This document shows, piece by piece, positions 47,009 to 60,400 of a stretch of DNA of 64,000 nt. This DNA is from Nageia nagi (taxonomy: Eukaryota; Plantae; Pinophyta). Below the pieces are notes generated by a model. It did no database searches. It worked only from the letters and a program-made list of their open reading frames with translations, and had not been told where the DNA came from. Both the position numbers and the translations under genes were made by a program. Each line of letters opens with the position of its first letter. Position 1 is the first letter of the stretch. The stretch covers positions 135,098,001-135,162,000 of the forward strand of contig JBITNC010000001.1 of the NCBI GenBank assembly GCA_050084985.1, written 5' to 3'.

Positions 47009-49674
47009 CATTGGTCTTAAAATAGTTAACCCTTTGATACTAAATTGGATTCTAGATTCTTGATTGTAAGCATGAAAAATTTGTTGTTTGTCTTGATGGT
47101 TGGAATTGTGATCCTCAAACTCGTGTAATAGTTGTTGAAACCATATAATAGCTTCTTACCTTACAACGACACCATTCAAGAATTTTAACATAGAAAAGCA
47201 TGTAACTATAAATTCTTATTTCTTTTACTAGAAAAAGTGATAACACCACCCAAAGAAGTGATTATGTCCTCAAATAGATGTTCAACCTTTTGTTTAGCCT
47301 TTTGAATCATATCTTAAATACCCCATCAAAGTGGTTGTGCTACTTGTAGAGTCTAGACACACAAAAGAGAACAAGTATGAAAATATATACAATTAATTAT
47401 CTATGGAATTAAAATTAGATTAATATCTAAATGGACTATATATAAATGCCAACTAGGATTATGTAGTATTTATGAGAGGAAATACATAGAACGTTTAGTT
47501 GAGATTGACATATTAGAGGCAAGCTAACAAATAACTTGTATTCTTGGAAGATAAATTTGTGGTAGATCTTGTTGTAGAGAACCTTTGACAATGTCAATCT
47601 TATTTTGTGATAATTAATCATATGTTGTATGGAATTATTATTTCAATGATCAGTAGGTTACTTGTATCATATTTGCTTGTGCTAGCCAAAATGATGGATG
47701 CATATAATGGAGTTTTCATGAATCAAGTTAACAAGATGGTTTAACAATTTTTTTTTATTCAATATAATCTTACGAAAGAACTATAAGTAATGCAAATATT
47801 TATTTTTGTGATAAGTGATGTTTATTGTAAATACCATGATATAAATAATTATGCTTGGTAGGATAATGGGATGAATCTTAACATAAAAAATAATTTTATA
47901 GTGTATGACTATATTTAATTTGGAGGAGCCAATAAAATGAATATGTTGTGCATTGCAAATAAACATTTTGTTTTTCATATTTTAGATTAATCCTTATTTG
48001 GGCATGAGAAGTATAACCATATTCAAATTTCTTGGGTTTTGAAAGAAATTAGTATCCTTAATTTAAATTTAGTATTTTGAACTTCTAAGCTTGGTGCATT
48101 CATAGGAGAGTTGTGTCATCCCCCTTATAATCATGTGCATGTCTTGAATATAGAGGCACAACATCATATATTTGAGAGACTATAGTAGTTATCTTCTATG
48201 CAACTTATGGTGTTTTTCAAACATCTTCCATTTTAGGATGCTTAAATGGATGCTACCAATCATACAATTGGAAAGAAAAATGAAAAATACGAGGGCCCCA
48301 ATACTATTATCCCTAAAATTTATACAAATACTAAAACAATCTATTTTCTTCACTCAAGGGATAAATTGTATATAAATAATAAAAAACCTATTTTATTCAT
48401 TCAACCCCATTTCACTATTGGATGAATATTAATTTGTTATTTAGAAGTAAAATTTATTATATACTTGTACAACTTTATTTTGATATTTTCATGCCTTTTT
48501 TATGCACTATTCTTGAATTAAACAATAATTTATATTATAAAAAAATTAAACTTATCATTTGTTATTTAAAAAGATGTGTAATGATTATGGCACAATCACC
48601 TATTTTTTTTAAAATTTCCTTCTTAATACTTTTTGTATCTTCCTTGTACCTATCTTTTAGCAATTGTGATTTTTTAAATCTTTCTTAACATGTTTGCATA
48701 TATTTCTAGCTTTAGGGAGTGTCAACAACTTTTCATCAAGGAATTCAATAACCTTGCACTCGTCTTTTGAAAACTATGTTTTGTTATCTCTTAAACATGT
48801 TTTACATATATTTCCACCTTTTGGGTGTGTCACCAACTTTTGATCTAAGATCCTAAACTTAACCCTTATTCTTTTTCTAAAATTTTTGTAATTATATTTC
48901 TTTAATCAATATGTATAGTCATTCTTAGGAACCAATTGACTTGACCTAGATTTTGACAAAGTTTAATTTTTTGTTACCTTTTTTTCTAGTACATCTCTTA
49001 ATTCGTTTCTTTCTTTATGAGCAATTTAGACTTGCATGGAAGTTATGATGATTATTTGATTAGGGTTCTCAACTTTAGTCATTTTAGGTTGTATCATTTT
49101 TCTTATCTTCACAATATTTGTAAATGAAGGTATTGAACTATTCATATCTAATTCTAAATGGGATTATTTTAGTTCCTTTGTTCGTATCATGGTATTCTTC
49201 AATAATATTTTATGGGAGAAGAGTTGAATAAGAGAAAGAGTTCATTAAAGATCTTTCAATAGATTTGGTTTCGTTACTTGATAACTTTTTCTATTATTTG
49301 ATTTGAGTAGGTCTATTTGCACTCATGTCTAGATAAATTTATATAAAATTTTGAGAGGATGCTGAAGAATATTTTTTTCCTTGTGATCCAATTTCTTTTT
49401 TACTCTTGTGTTTGTATTCAAAGAAGTCATTTAGCTTTTGATTTTATGTTATCTTGGTTCTGTATCCTTTAAATTTGTATAAATTTTCCAACCTTCATAT
49501 ATTTTGTAGACAACTAATTTGGGTTTTCCTTATCTGTTGGTAAAGAAAAATTGATAAACTTATATCATTTTTTTCTTGAAGAAAACATTATAGGAAAGGA
49601 AACATGAGGCTATGTTCCTCACCCTCATTCGACATTTATAAAATGAGGGGACATTTCCCAAATGTCCCTCTTTT

Positions 49675-49814
49675 TTTAAGGGGGTTGGGGGGGGGGGTGA
49701 CAATCCCTTAGCCATTCCTTCAATTATCTCCCTTTTTTTTGAGGGGTGAGGGGGGTGAGGGTGGGGGGGGGTGACGATCCCTTATCCATTCCCTCAATTG
49801 TCTCCTTTTTTTTT
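49675..49814. repeat. Duplicated G-run/T-run unit (~70 bp)
   Basis: Gn-TGAC(A/G)ATCCCTTA(G/T)CCATTCC(T/C)TCAATT(A/G)TCTCC-Tn twice. Confidence 0.75.
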
Positions 49815-52002
49815 AAAACTTAAAAATATTATTATTATTTTTTAATAAAAGTTGTAATTGTTTTTACAAAAAGTGCAATTAAAATGATGTAAAACTAAAA
49901 ATTAAACCTACAAGGCTAGTTTAACATTCTATTATGCATTGTTGGGTGTTCAAGGAGAAAAGGTTTTCACTTTTAGTTCTCTAGACATTTTCATGGGGTT
50001 TTCTTCAACATAATCATGGGTATATTTCATAGAATTATGGGTCTCAAGTTCTTAGCAGGTTCATCTATTTCTCATGTATGATGTATACTTTGTTTCTTGC
50101 ATTACCAATAGGCAATAAATATAAAATAAATAATCAATAATATCCATAAGAACATTCTTTATGTTTGAAATGATGAAATCAATTGAAATTCCTCACAATA
50201 ATGTCCCTTGCAATAATATTGAAGATAAACTTAATTATAAACTGCATTATGGTAGTCACCACATAAATATTAATATTATTCTTCTTTACACTTTGAACAT
50301 TCTTCCTTGAAATAATGTCTTTACTCTTTGAACATCACCCCAACTGCCCACTTTAGCATAAATATTAATATTATTCATTATTGCTACAAGAATACAAAGC
50401 TAAAAGGTTAATATTATTCATTTTGGCAATGAAGTTCAAAGTTTCTTCAAGATACCCTACATGATCAAAGTCAACAATGCATGCATATTGCATAATGAAG
50501 TTCAAATATTCCACTTATGAAGTTATCAATTATGTTAGATTATTATCTATTTCGCATCATCTATTCCTAAATTTAATTGCACACAAATTTCAGAATTGAA
50601 ATTTATTTGAAAAAATATCAAAATTTTATATCATATATGTCTTAGTCCATTAGATGTTAGTTTTTATAATCATAAACTTATGAGCTTATATCAATATGCA
50701 TTAGTCCATGGTGATGACAATCTACATTATACAATGCTAAATGATGGCATTACATATATCATTATAAATTTATAAGGCATATGGTGTTAAGTGCTATGCA
50801 TAAGTCCATTCCCATTAGTGAATACAATTTAGACTGTTGGAAATTGAGTTGAATTGACTAGGTACTTCATCTTAATTTTAGTATTCTATCTGAGTTAGTG
50901 ATGAAACATAGCATGTTAGGGTATTTCAACAAGAAAAATAGATGCATTTTATACCCAATGCATTCCACTTCCTAAACATTGGGATGTTTCTCAAGAGTGG
51001 GCACATTTCAATAGATCGAATAAGTTTCATCAACGTTTTTGGTATTTTCCCATTCTTAGTATTTTTTTGGGCACTTTCTTGGTTTGTTTGACCATCATAC
51101 ATCATGTGGATTGTAGTTATACTAGTCAGGAACTCATATGATTATTCTGTTGTAGTTTGGTGAGTGATTCATAAGGATTTTATATTGTTTTATAGCTGAT
51201 TTTATTGATTGTTCAAATCAAAATAACTTCATTCTAAAAATAGTCATCTTTGTAATCTAGTTGTTTCATAGAACTATAAATATGTATTCTTTCACTTATT
51301 TAATAGAAAAACAAGCATATTTCTCATTATGGTATTAGAGCTACTTGGTCATTTGTGTTTATCAAGTTCTCTCAAAAGGTGTGATCCAAAGCTTCTTCTT
51401 GTGTATTCTACAATGACTACCAATAATAACTCATTACCAATCCCAAAATTCAATAGAAAGGACTATAAGTATTGAAGTATAAAAATGAAACCTCTACTCA
51501 TAGGTAAAGGGATTTGAGATATTATAGAAGAAGGTTACATTTAACCTTCCAGTTGGAGTGCTCTCATAGGATCTGATAAGACAACAAAAAAGGAGGCTCA
51601 AAGAAGAATAACTTTACACTTTATTACCTTCAATTAACCATAGACAAGCATTTTTCCAAGGATAACTTCATGTACTACAACAATTGAACTTAAAATACGT
51701 TGAAGGATGGATATCAAAGAAATGCACAATTGAAGCAAGGCAAGCTTCAAACTTTGAAAAGAAATTTTGAAAATCTCAAAATGCAATACGAAGGAAGTTT
51801 AGGTGACTATTGTGTAAGAGTCAAATCTTGTGTGAATAAAATGCAAGCTCTTTATGAAGAGGTGAAAAATAAAGTTGTTTTGAAGGTCTTGAGAACCCTT
51901 CTTACCAAGTGTAATTGTGTAGCAATCATAAAAAGAGAACAAGGATATTTCAACTCTTGATTATGATCAATTGATTGGTTCATTAATGTCCCATAAGGAA
52001 AG

Positions 52003-52661
52003 TGTAGCCACCTAAAAAATGATTTCTTATTTATTAATAAATCATATTTAGGTATCTAAGATATATATTATTTTAATCATGCAAAAATATATAATATCAA
52101 GACTAATATGCTAATCATATGCTAATGCAAGGTTAATATCTCTTAATCATATTTATATTTAGAAATATCTTGACAATTTCATTAATAATGTATATTCTTA
52201 TATAATTCTATTGAGATGATTATTATTATTTCAAATTTGCCTCTCACTCTCTTGTATGTATTTTCAGATCTAAAAGGAGATGCACAACGCAATAACCATT
52301 ATCAAATTTCTTTAATAGGGATCTTATGTTATATGTTATTATCTTCATTATCCATAATATTTTTAAACTCAAAATGTGCACAAAGTGAGGTGATTGTTGA
52401 CATGGAATCCATATTGTGCTTCTTTATGATCCAAAGTGATAGATCTAAAGGATGTCAAGCATAGATATTAATCATTAAATATCTATTTAGCTTCATCCCA
52501 TATTCGATCAAATCCTCTACATAATTATGCTACATATTTAGGATTTCTTCTTTCATACTTTCTTAGTGTTATTAAGGTAGCCTTGATAAGTGATTTGCAC
52601 CTTATATTTTAGATATGCATTTACTATATTTATTACTATAAATCATTATTTAGAGTCTACA
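52003..52661. mobile_element. 659-bp solo LTR in the gag of copia F
   Basis: TGTAG...CTACA with ~17-bp imperfect terminal inverted repeat; TSD gaaag/aaaag; interrupts the gag reading after SLMSHKE. Confidence 0.7.
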
Positions 52662-55348
52662 AAAAGAATACAATAACCTATATCTTCATATATTGGAGGT
52701 GTTGGAGAAAATACTTTTTCATCCAAGGAGGGTGAAACTAGTACAAGTGGAAATGGAAGAGGCCATAGAAGGGGTCATTACCCTTCAAGAACAAAAGGTA
52801 GAAGAAGAAGGGGGCTTGCACAATAAGGAGGAAGAGGAAGAGGTGAAAAATAAAATAAATAATGCTACTATTGTAACAAGTTTGGTTAGTATAAGAGGGA
52901 GTATAGATTGAAGGATTATCAAGAAGGAAGAAGTAGTGCACATTATGGAGAAGAGGAAGGATATTTAAACTTATTTTTGACTTATAAAAAGTTGGATCAG
53001 AATTTGCAATATATATGGATACTATATATGGGGTGATCCAACTACATGATCGACAAGGGGGAGTTGCTTTCTACGTTGGATAACTTCTACAAGTACAAGA
53101 TTAATATTAGATATGATAGAATTTCAAGTTAGAGGTATTGGAGCCATGGATGTAAATGTCAATGAAGGTGCCAAAATACTAAATAACATTTACTACACTC
53201 CAAATCTAAAGTATAATATACTAAATGCTATCAAAATCATGGAAAATAATCATAAGTTAGTGTTTGAATATGGTAAATTTGTCATTTTTGATAAAAAAAA
53301 TCATGGAAATAGGTTTGCCAATATATTCCTAATGAGTAAAAATAGATTTTTTCCTCTAAAGTTCGGAGAACAAGGAGCCTAAATTGAAAATGTAGCCATT
53401 GAAAAAATATGGCTATGAATCTTTATATATGGTAATTTGAATTTGACTAGCTTGAGATTGTTGATATCTTAAGAAATGGCATATGGGATGCCTAAGGATG
53501 AAGATCATAAAGATGATTGCGAAGGTTTTTCTTTAGTAAAGCACTCAAGGTCAAGTTTTCCAAGAGGAAAAGCATGGAGAGCATCCTTTCCACTCCAGTT
53601 GGTGCATGTTGACATATGTGGGCCCATGCAAACTCAAATTTTGGTTAAGAATTCATACTTTCTTATTTTAATTGATGAAATTTAAAGAATATTTTGGATT
53701 TACTTCTTGAAAACCAAAGATCAAGCTTTTGATTATTTCAATGATTTCAAAAATCATGTTGAAAATAAAATGGATACTATGTAAAATGGTTAAACATTGA
53801 TAGAGGAGGTGAATTTTATTCAAATAAATTGCTCTAAATTTTTAAATTTTATGGAATTAGAAGGAAACTAATTGCTACCTATAATCCACAACAAAATGGT
53901 GTGTTTGAATGTAAAAATATAGCCATTATTGAGGTGACTAGCAACATGCTTGAAACAAAGAAATTAACTAATATGTATTGGATTAATATGATTAGGATAA
54001 CAATCTATATTTTGTATATAAGTCCTACTAGAACATTGGATGGAATCACTCCTTATGAATAATGGTATGAAAAACAACAAATGTAAATTATTTTAGAGTT
54101 TTTGGGTGTTTGGCTTATGCACATGTACATGATGAACAAAGGTGGAAACTTGATCCTAAAATCCAAGCATGCATTTTAATTACGTATTATGAGAATACCA
54201 AATTTTATAGCCTCTATGATCCATAAAATCATAAAGTTATGGTTTCTAAAGTTGTAATTTTTGATGAGCGGAGAATGTGTGGTCATAAAAAAATCTATGT
54301 TGATGATGGATCCAATGGTGAAAACTCCTCAAAATTTTAGTGTAGTTACTCAAATATGTAGACCAATATTCATACCAATAAGAAAATACCTTTCATTCTA
54401 AGCCCACAAAAGAGTTCTTCAAATGATTCAAGCCCTTCAATGAGTGATGATGATTCTTCAAGTGATGTGAAGATAAAGAAAGGTAGAATAATACTTTAAA
54501 GTTATTCATACTATCAAATGTTAAATGCAAATTTTTGAAGAATACTAAAAAGAATACAAGTATAAGATATTGATCAAGTTGTGAGAAGACTTGAAAATTT
54601 GATAATGTATGGAAACTAAGCTGATGAAGAATGAAGAGGTGATGTTGTTAATTATGCTTTGATGACTAGTGTTGAATTAGAACCATCTAGTTATGAAAAA
54701 CCATTTACTAATGATGTATGGTTGAAAGCAATGGAAGAGGAAATCAATTCCATAAAAAAGAATGATACTTGGGAGCTTATTGAGCTTCCAAAAGGAAAAA
54801 AGTGTAATGGTTGCAAATGGGTATACAAGATCAAATATAAGAATGATGTAACCATAGCAAGATACAAAGTAAGGCTTGTGGAAAAAGGCTTGACATAAAG
54901 ATATAACATTGAATATGAGGAAATATTTGCATTAATAGCAAGATAAGAACCAATTAGATTGGTTCTTTCTTTGGCTACCCATAAGGGTTGGAAGGTACAT
55001 CATATAGATGTAAAGAATGCACTATTTAATGAATATCTAGAAGAGAAGTTTTATGTTCAATAACCATAAAGTTTTGAATAAAAAGGTAAAGAGAATCTTA
55101 TGTACAAGTTGAATAAGGTCTTGTATGGCCTCAGGTAAGCTTCAAGAGATTGGTATTCAAGGATTGATGGGTACTTCTGTTGATTGAGATTGTGTAATAT
55201 GTGCGCCTGGAACAATCTTAACCAAAGTAGTTCACGAACAGACTGTAGGACGCAGCCTGATCTCCGGAGAAGGCCGGTTCCTTATCCATTGGGCAGAGAA
55301 AAAGTAACAGGAAAGAGATAAAAAGAGTAGGGAGCGAGAGATTTAAGC

Positions 55349-55476
55349 AAAAGGATAGGGTAACAAGAAAGGAAGTAAAAGGATAGGGTAACAAGAAAGG
55401 AAGTAAAAGGATAGGGTAACAAGAAAGGAAGTAAAAGGATAGGGTAACCAGAAAGGAAGTAGAAGGATAGGGTAAC
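55349..55476. repeat. 28-bp tandem repeat x~4.5 in U5 (mirror copy 56999-57126)
   Basis: AAAAGGATAGGGTAACAAGAAAGGAAGT units. Confidence 0.92.
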
Positions 55477-56060
55477 GAGAGAGAAAGCAAAGGGGTAGAT
55501 CACTAGTTCAGCGCGGGCTTTCGCAGTGTGCGAAACCTTGGCCTGAATCTAGTGTCGCAGCCACAGAACAAGTTCTCACTCTCTGAATAGCTCCCCAGCT
55601 TCTACTCTACCATGTAGCAGACACAGTTATACTAGCAACCCGCAACTATTACTCAGGAAACAAGCTAAGCTGCCACAATGTAACCAAATTAAGAATAACA
55701 ATTACGAGTGCTAGACAAGAAAGGTCAAGATGGTTTCATAGTACCGGACTGAAGCTACAGGTCTTCGAGAACAAATGAAAAGGGCAATACTAGGCTTCCG
55801 ACCCATAATGTAGATTCCTACAAAATAAATTCTTTATTAAAGCCCCGGTATACCTTAATTTCAACCATGGGTTCATTCTTAGATTCTCTGGAGTTTTTTG
55901 GAGCGGATAACGTAGCTCGGGATCAGAGTAAAGTTTTCCGGAATGAAATGGTGATGTGGCGGAGAATAAGATATTCATCTTTCGGCAAGGACCAAGTTCC
56001 GGAAAAGACGAAGTAAGCACAAGTGTCTCCGGGAAACAAAGCATTCCAGATATACGAAGA

Positions 56061-56352
56061 TGACATCACGGAAAAGAAGAAGCTCATAATTGCAAAGGAA
56101 ACCGGAGTCCGGAGGAGATGACGTCAGCAGGTAGCGACTTAGTATCCAGAGCCATAAAGGAAAACATTCCGGAGGAAAGAAAGATGACGTCACAGGCGAA
56201 GCGTTCCGGAAGTCCGGAAATGACGTCACAAGAAGATATGAAGTTTACATTCGTAAAGCAAACCGGAGCCCGGAATGGATGACATCATCAAGGAGCAATT
56301 TAGTGACCGGAGCCAGTGAATGAAGAAGTCCGGAGATTCAAGGCTGACGTCA
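56061..56352. promoter_or_regulatory. Cluster of TGACGTCA (bZIP/TGA C-box, CRE-like) motifs in U3
   Basis: TGACGTCA at 56119, 56185, 56221, 56345; TGACATCA at 56061, 56280. Confidence 0.6.
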
Positions 56353-56641
56353 GGCGAAGGGGAAAGATTAACATTTGGGATTAAGACTGCGCCCAGAGGA
56401 AAATAGGCCGCAAGGAAAGATCGAAGAGTCCGAGTTGGAGAATTGAATATTCCGGGAGAGAAGGAGGTCTGCAAAATACCTGAGTGCCATCATCAGGGAA
56501 CCGAATCGTCGGCGATCTGCCCAATTTTGTAACAGTCGGCCAAGTGTCATATGTAGGTGATATCAGTTCAAGAAGGCCAGAATCTTGCGGCCGTTTTGTA
56601 AACGTTTCTATTCTGTAATCTTGTAACTGTTATTAACACAG

Positions 56642-56649
56642 TATAAATA
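56642..56649 (+). promoter_or_regulatory. LTR TATA box; inferred TSS ~56671
   Basis: TATAAATA begins 29 bp upstream of the inverted-repeat boundary at 56671. Confidence 0.65.
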
Positions 56650-57308
56650 TATGAAAATAAAGAGAAACTAGGGTCGGAAGCCTAGTATTGCCCTTTTCAT
56701 TTGTTCTCGAAGACCTGTAGCTTCAGTCCGGTACTATGAAACCATCTTGACCTTTCTTGTCTAGCACTCGTAATTGTTATTCTTAATTTGGTTACATTGT
56801 GGCAGCTTAGCTTGTTTCCTGAGTAATAGTTGCGGGTTGCTAGTATAACTGTGTCTGCTACATGGTAGAGTAGAAGCTGGGGAGCTATTCAGAGAGTGAG
56901 AACTTGTTCTGTGGCTGCGACACTAGATTCAGGCCAAGGTTTCGCACACTGCGAAAGCCCGCGCTGAACTAGTGATCTACCCCTTTGCTTTCTCTCTCGT
57001 TACCCTATCCTTCTACTTCCTTTCTGGTTACCCTATCCTTTTACTTCCTTTCTTGTTACCCTATCCTTTTACTTCCTTTCTTGTTACCCTATCCTTTTAC
57101 TTCCTTTCTTGTTACCCTATCCTTTTGCTTAAATCTCTCGCTCCCTACTCTTTTTATCTCTTTCCTGTTACTTTTTCTCTGCCCAATGGATAAGGAACCG
57201 GCCTTCTCCGGAGATCAGGCTGCGTCCTACAGTCTGTTCGTGAACTACTTTGGTTAAGATTGTTCCAGGCGCACATATTACACAATCTCAATCAACAGTA
57301 TTTCTTTT

Positions 57309-57326
57309 TGGCACGCCCGGTGGGAC
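57309..57326 (+). other. Primer binding site, tRNA-Arg(UCU) type
   Basis: TGGCACGCCCGGTGGGAC is complementary to the 3' end of plant tRNA-Arg(UCU) as I recall it (...GUCCCACCGGGCGUGCCA); Arg primers are typical of Tat/Ogre elements. Confidence 0.8.
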
Positions 57327-57444
57327 ACGAAGAAATTTATTGGCGACTCTGCTGAAGCACCATCCATGGTATGTATTAAAGCAAATTATTTATGAATATC
57401 ATAGGTGCTTTGAACCTGTCATTTTCTTTTGCAATCTAGAGTTT

Positions 57445-60400
57445 ATGTGGACAAGATCTAAAACTAGAGCAGCAAAAGAAGAACCGGAATTTGGGAAGTT
57501 AGATACTCCTAGGAGAAAGACCCTGATCAAGTCCAAGTCTCTGAATAGTGTCGACTCCCTAAAATCCTCTATCAAGCCAGAACCATCCAATCTTCATACT
57601 AGAAATACCTTCCCTAAAATGGCTAATCCAGCTCAGAACATTTATCCAGAATGGGACAATGGAGTTCCTATAGCTCTGGCGGTATTACATGATATCCCAG
57701 CAAATGTTTTTAAAACCCTTCCGGAGTTTGATGCAACTTCAGAAAAAATGGCTTATGAGCACTGTGTGGATGTAGCCGGCCTAGCAAAGATTCACAATAT
57801 TCAGCATGAAGATGTTATGGTGAGATTACTGGCTCAGTCTTTCAAAGGAAAGGTCCTGGATTGGTACAGGGGCCTTTCTAATGGATCCATCAGTACCTGG
57901 GCTCAACTGGCAGAGCCCTTTATCCTGGAGTTTAATGAACTAGGGGATCCCTTTTCTCTGCTCACTCAGTTCACGTCAATCAAAAGGTTTGAACAAGAGA
58001 ACATCCCGGATTTTAACATTAGATTCCAGAAAACATGGACGAGAGTACCCATGCCAGTCAGGCCTCAGCAATTCCAAGCCTTAATGTATTATTTGAGAGC
58101 CTTTCCTCCGGATCTCTCTCTGCAAATCCAAAATTCCGGAGTGAATACTTTCCCGGAGGTCTATAGACAAGCAGTATATGCTGAATCATGCCTTATTGCA
58201 GTTGGGAAATTACCAAGCCGTATGCCTATGCCCTATTTTCCAATAACTACCCAACAGCAAATGTGGAGACCTCCGGTAATCAGTTCAGTTCCACCTCTGG
58301 CCCATTTTCCTGCTCCTGTTCAACCTTGGTCACCAAACTTGCCAAATCCTAGAGCTCCTTTGTCTTTACCTGCCCCCCCTCAGCCCAATGTGAATCAAGG
58401 AGTAGCGTCATCATCAGAAATTCAAGAGCTCAGGGATTTGTGTAGAAATATGGCGAATCAGATCACCATCCTAAGCAGACAGAGCAATGCAAGGAGATAT
58501 CCTTACCCGGCAGTGGAAAAGGGCCCACATGTAATGATAGAAAATTCAGATCAAGGTTCATCCTCCGGGTCAGTTGTTGGTTTATGTTTGGCTTGCAATG
58601 ATGCGCATGAACAAACAACATGTCCCGTGCATCAGTACCAAGAGTATTTGTCGGGAAATGGAGGTATCTCGCCGCCCGGAGTGGCAGACGACATAAATCA
58701 AAATGCAAACTTAATAAATTTTGCACCGGCAGATATAGGAGTTTTTGCGGTGGAAACAAGATCGGGGAAGAGGCCCCTGGTTTTCGGTATTCCGGAAAGA
58801 AAAGTTGAATCCCAAAGAGATGCCGGACCAGTGCTTTCTAGGAGGCAAGATGCAGTCCCCGGTTCTAAGGATAAGGTCCTGGAAAAGGAAAAGAATGCCG
58901 AAAAATTCCCACTTCCGGAGATCAAACCGACCCCAAAAATCAATGACCAAAGTATTCGGAAGCTAAGGTTTCCTTCACTCACTAAGCACCAGAGGAAAGA
59001 TGATACCCTACAGCTTCGGGAAAGTTTCACCGATAGTCTTAGAAATAAAATCGGAGAACCTCCGGCTATTCCCGAGTTCGATATTGTGGCCGAGTTAAAG
59101 AGGACGCCAGCAAGAGTATCTTTGTTTGAGGCTTTAAAAATTCCTGGGCAGATTGATTTGCTGAAAACGTCCCTTATAGCTCAGAACGAAGGAATGGAAA
59201 AGGTTCTAAATCTGTTTGAGACATCGAAAATTCTGGGGATGGGAAAAAATAAACCTCCGGCCTTTTACATGACTCTGGAAATTGAAGGATATGTGCTCCA
59301 TAATTGTTTGGTTGATTCCGGAGCGGCTACTACTGTTATGCCCAAAGCAGTGTGTGACGTAATGGGATTGCCTATGACACGAACTACTACTGGAGTATTA
59401 CAGTTGGATTCCACACCTGTTAAGACAGTGGGAGTTATCAAAGATATAGTTCTAAAGATGCACAAGTGCCCCTCTGTGGTTATTACTCAAGAAGTTGTTG
59501 TGGTGGAGTTACCCCCTCTGTTCGGGTTATGTTTGTCCAGAGAGTTTACAGCGAAAATAGGAGGTTACCTAGCAATGGATTATACTCATTATCTGATCCC
59601 TTGTGGGAATAAGAGGGTTAGGTTAAACAATGAGGAAATTTCTGAATTTCACGTAGAAAAAAAGGAGGAAGTGTGTGCAATCTTTGGTGAAATAGAGGAA
59701 TCAGACGAGTTACTGGAAAGGTTGCAAACTGAAGATCCTTATAGTATGAGTATGCTTAATACCATCAGCGATATGGAATTTGGAAATTATTGCTTGATGG
59801 AACCGGAGTCTTTTGTCCCGGAACTCACTAAGGGAAACTTCCGGAGAAATGAGATCTGGGAGATGTTTTTTGACGGAGCTAGGTCTAAAAATGGATCTGG
59901 AGTGGGAATCATTCTGAAGGAACCAAATGGCAAGGTATATAAATTCTCTTTCAGGCTTACCTGGTTATGTTCAAATAATGTAACAGAATATGAAGCACTT
60001 TGCCTCGGGCTGGAACAAGCCATTAAAATGAAGATCCGGTGTTTGAAGATCAAAGGAGATTCAGAGCTAATAGTAAAGCAGGTGACAGATAAATGTTCAG
60101 CTAAGCATCACTATTTGAAATCATACAGAAATAGAGTTTGGGATCTGTTGGAACATTTCGAGGCTTTACATATTCAGTCAATCTCAAGGAGGTTCAATCA
60201 TGAGGCTGATGCTTTAGCACAGATGGGAGCCAGCTTTGATCCCACTGATGATTGGTTCAGGGAAAAAGGGGTTCAACTCATTTTCAGGCCTTCAATTCCG
60301 GATAATGATTCCTTCTGGCAAGTGTTCCGGGATGAGGCTCAGATTAATCAATTCCTATTACAACAAGCTGTGTGTCACGCGGTAGGGGAAGAAGATTCTG

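Larger units (their letters stand above)
55178..57297. repeat. 627-bp inverted repeat (55178-55804 vs 56671-57297) with 866-bp spacer
   Basis: No mismatch in blocks checked by eye; ORF track gives identical peptides on opposite strands (55218-55490 vs 56985-57257; 55282-55503 vs 56972-57193). Confidence 0.95.
55809..57297 (+). repeat. Complete 5' LTR of the Tat element (1489 bp)
   Basis: Termini TGTAGAT...ATCAACA (6/7 inverted match); TATA box 56642; followed by PBS. The left boundary is inferred. Confidence 0.75.

Noticed and set aside
55218-55503. Twin hydrophobic ORFs here and at 56972-57257
   Set aside because: By-products of the 28-bp tandem repeat within the inverted arms.
55178-57297. 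Long-read fold-back assembly artefact
   Set aside because: Considered unlikely because the arm ends exactly at a matching TSD and has a unique 866-bp spacer; still needs read-level confirmation.
57250-57444. N-terminal 65 aa of the 1574-aa ORF call
   Set aside because: Starts at a non-ATG codon inside U5 and runs through the PBS; the first ATG (57445, MWTRS) fits a gag start.
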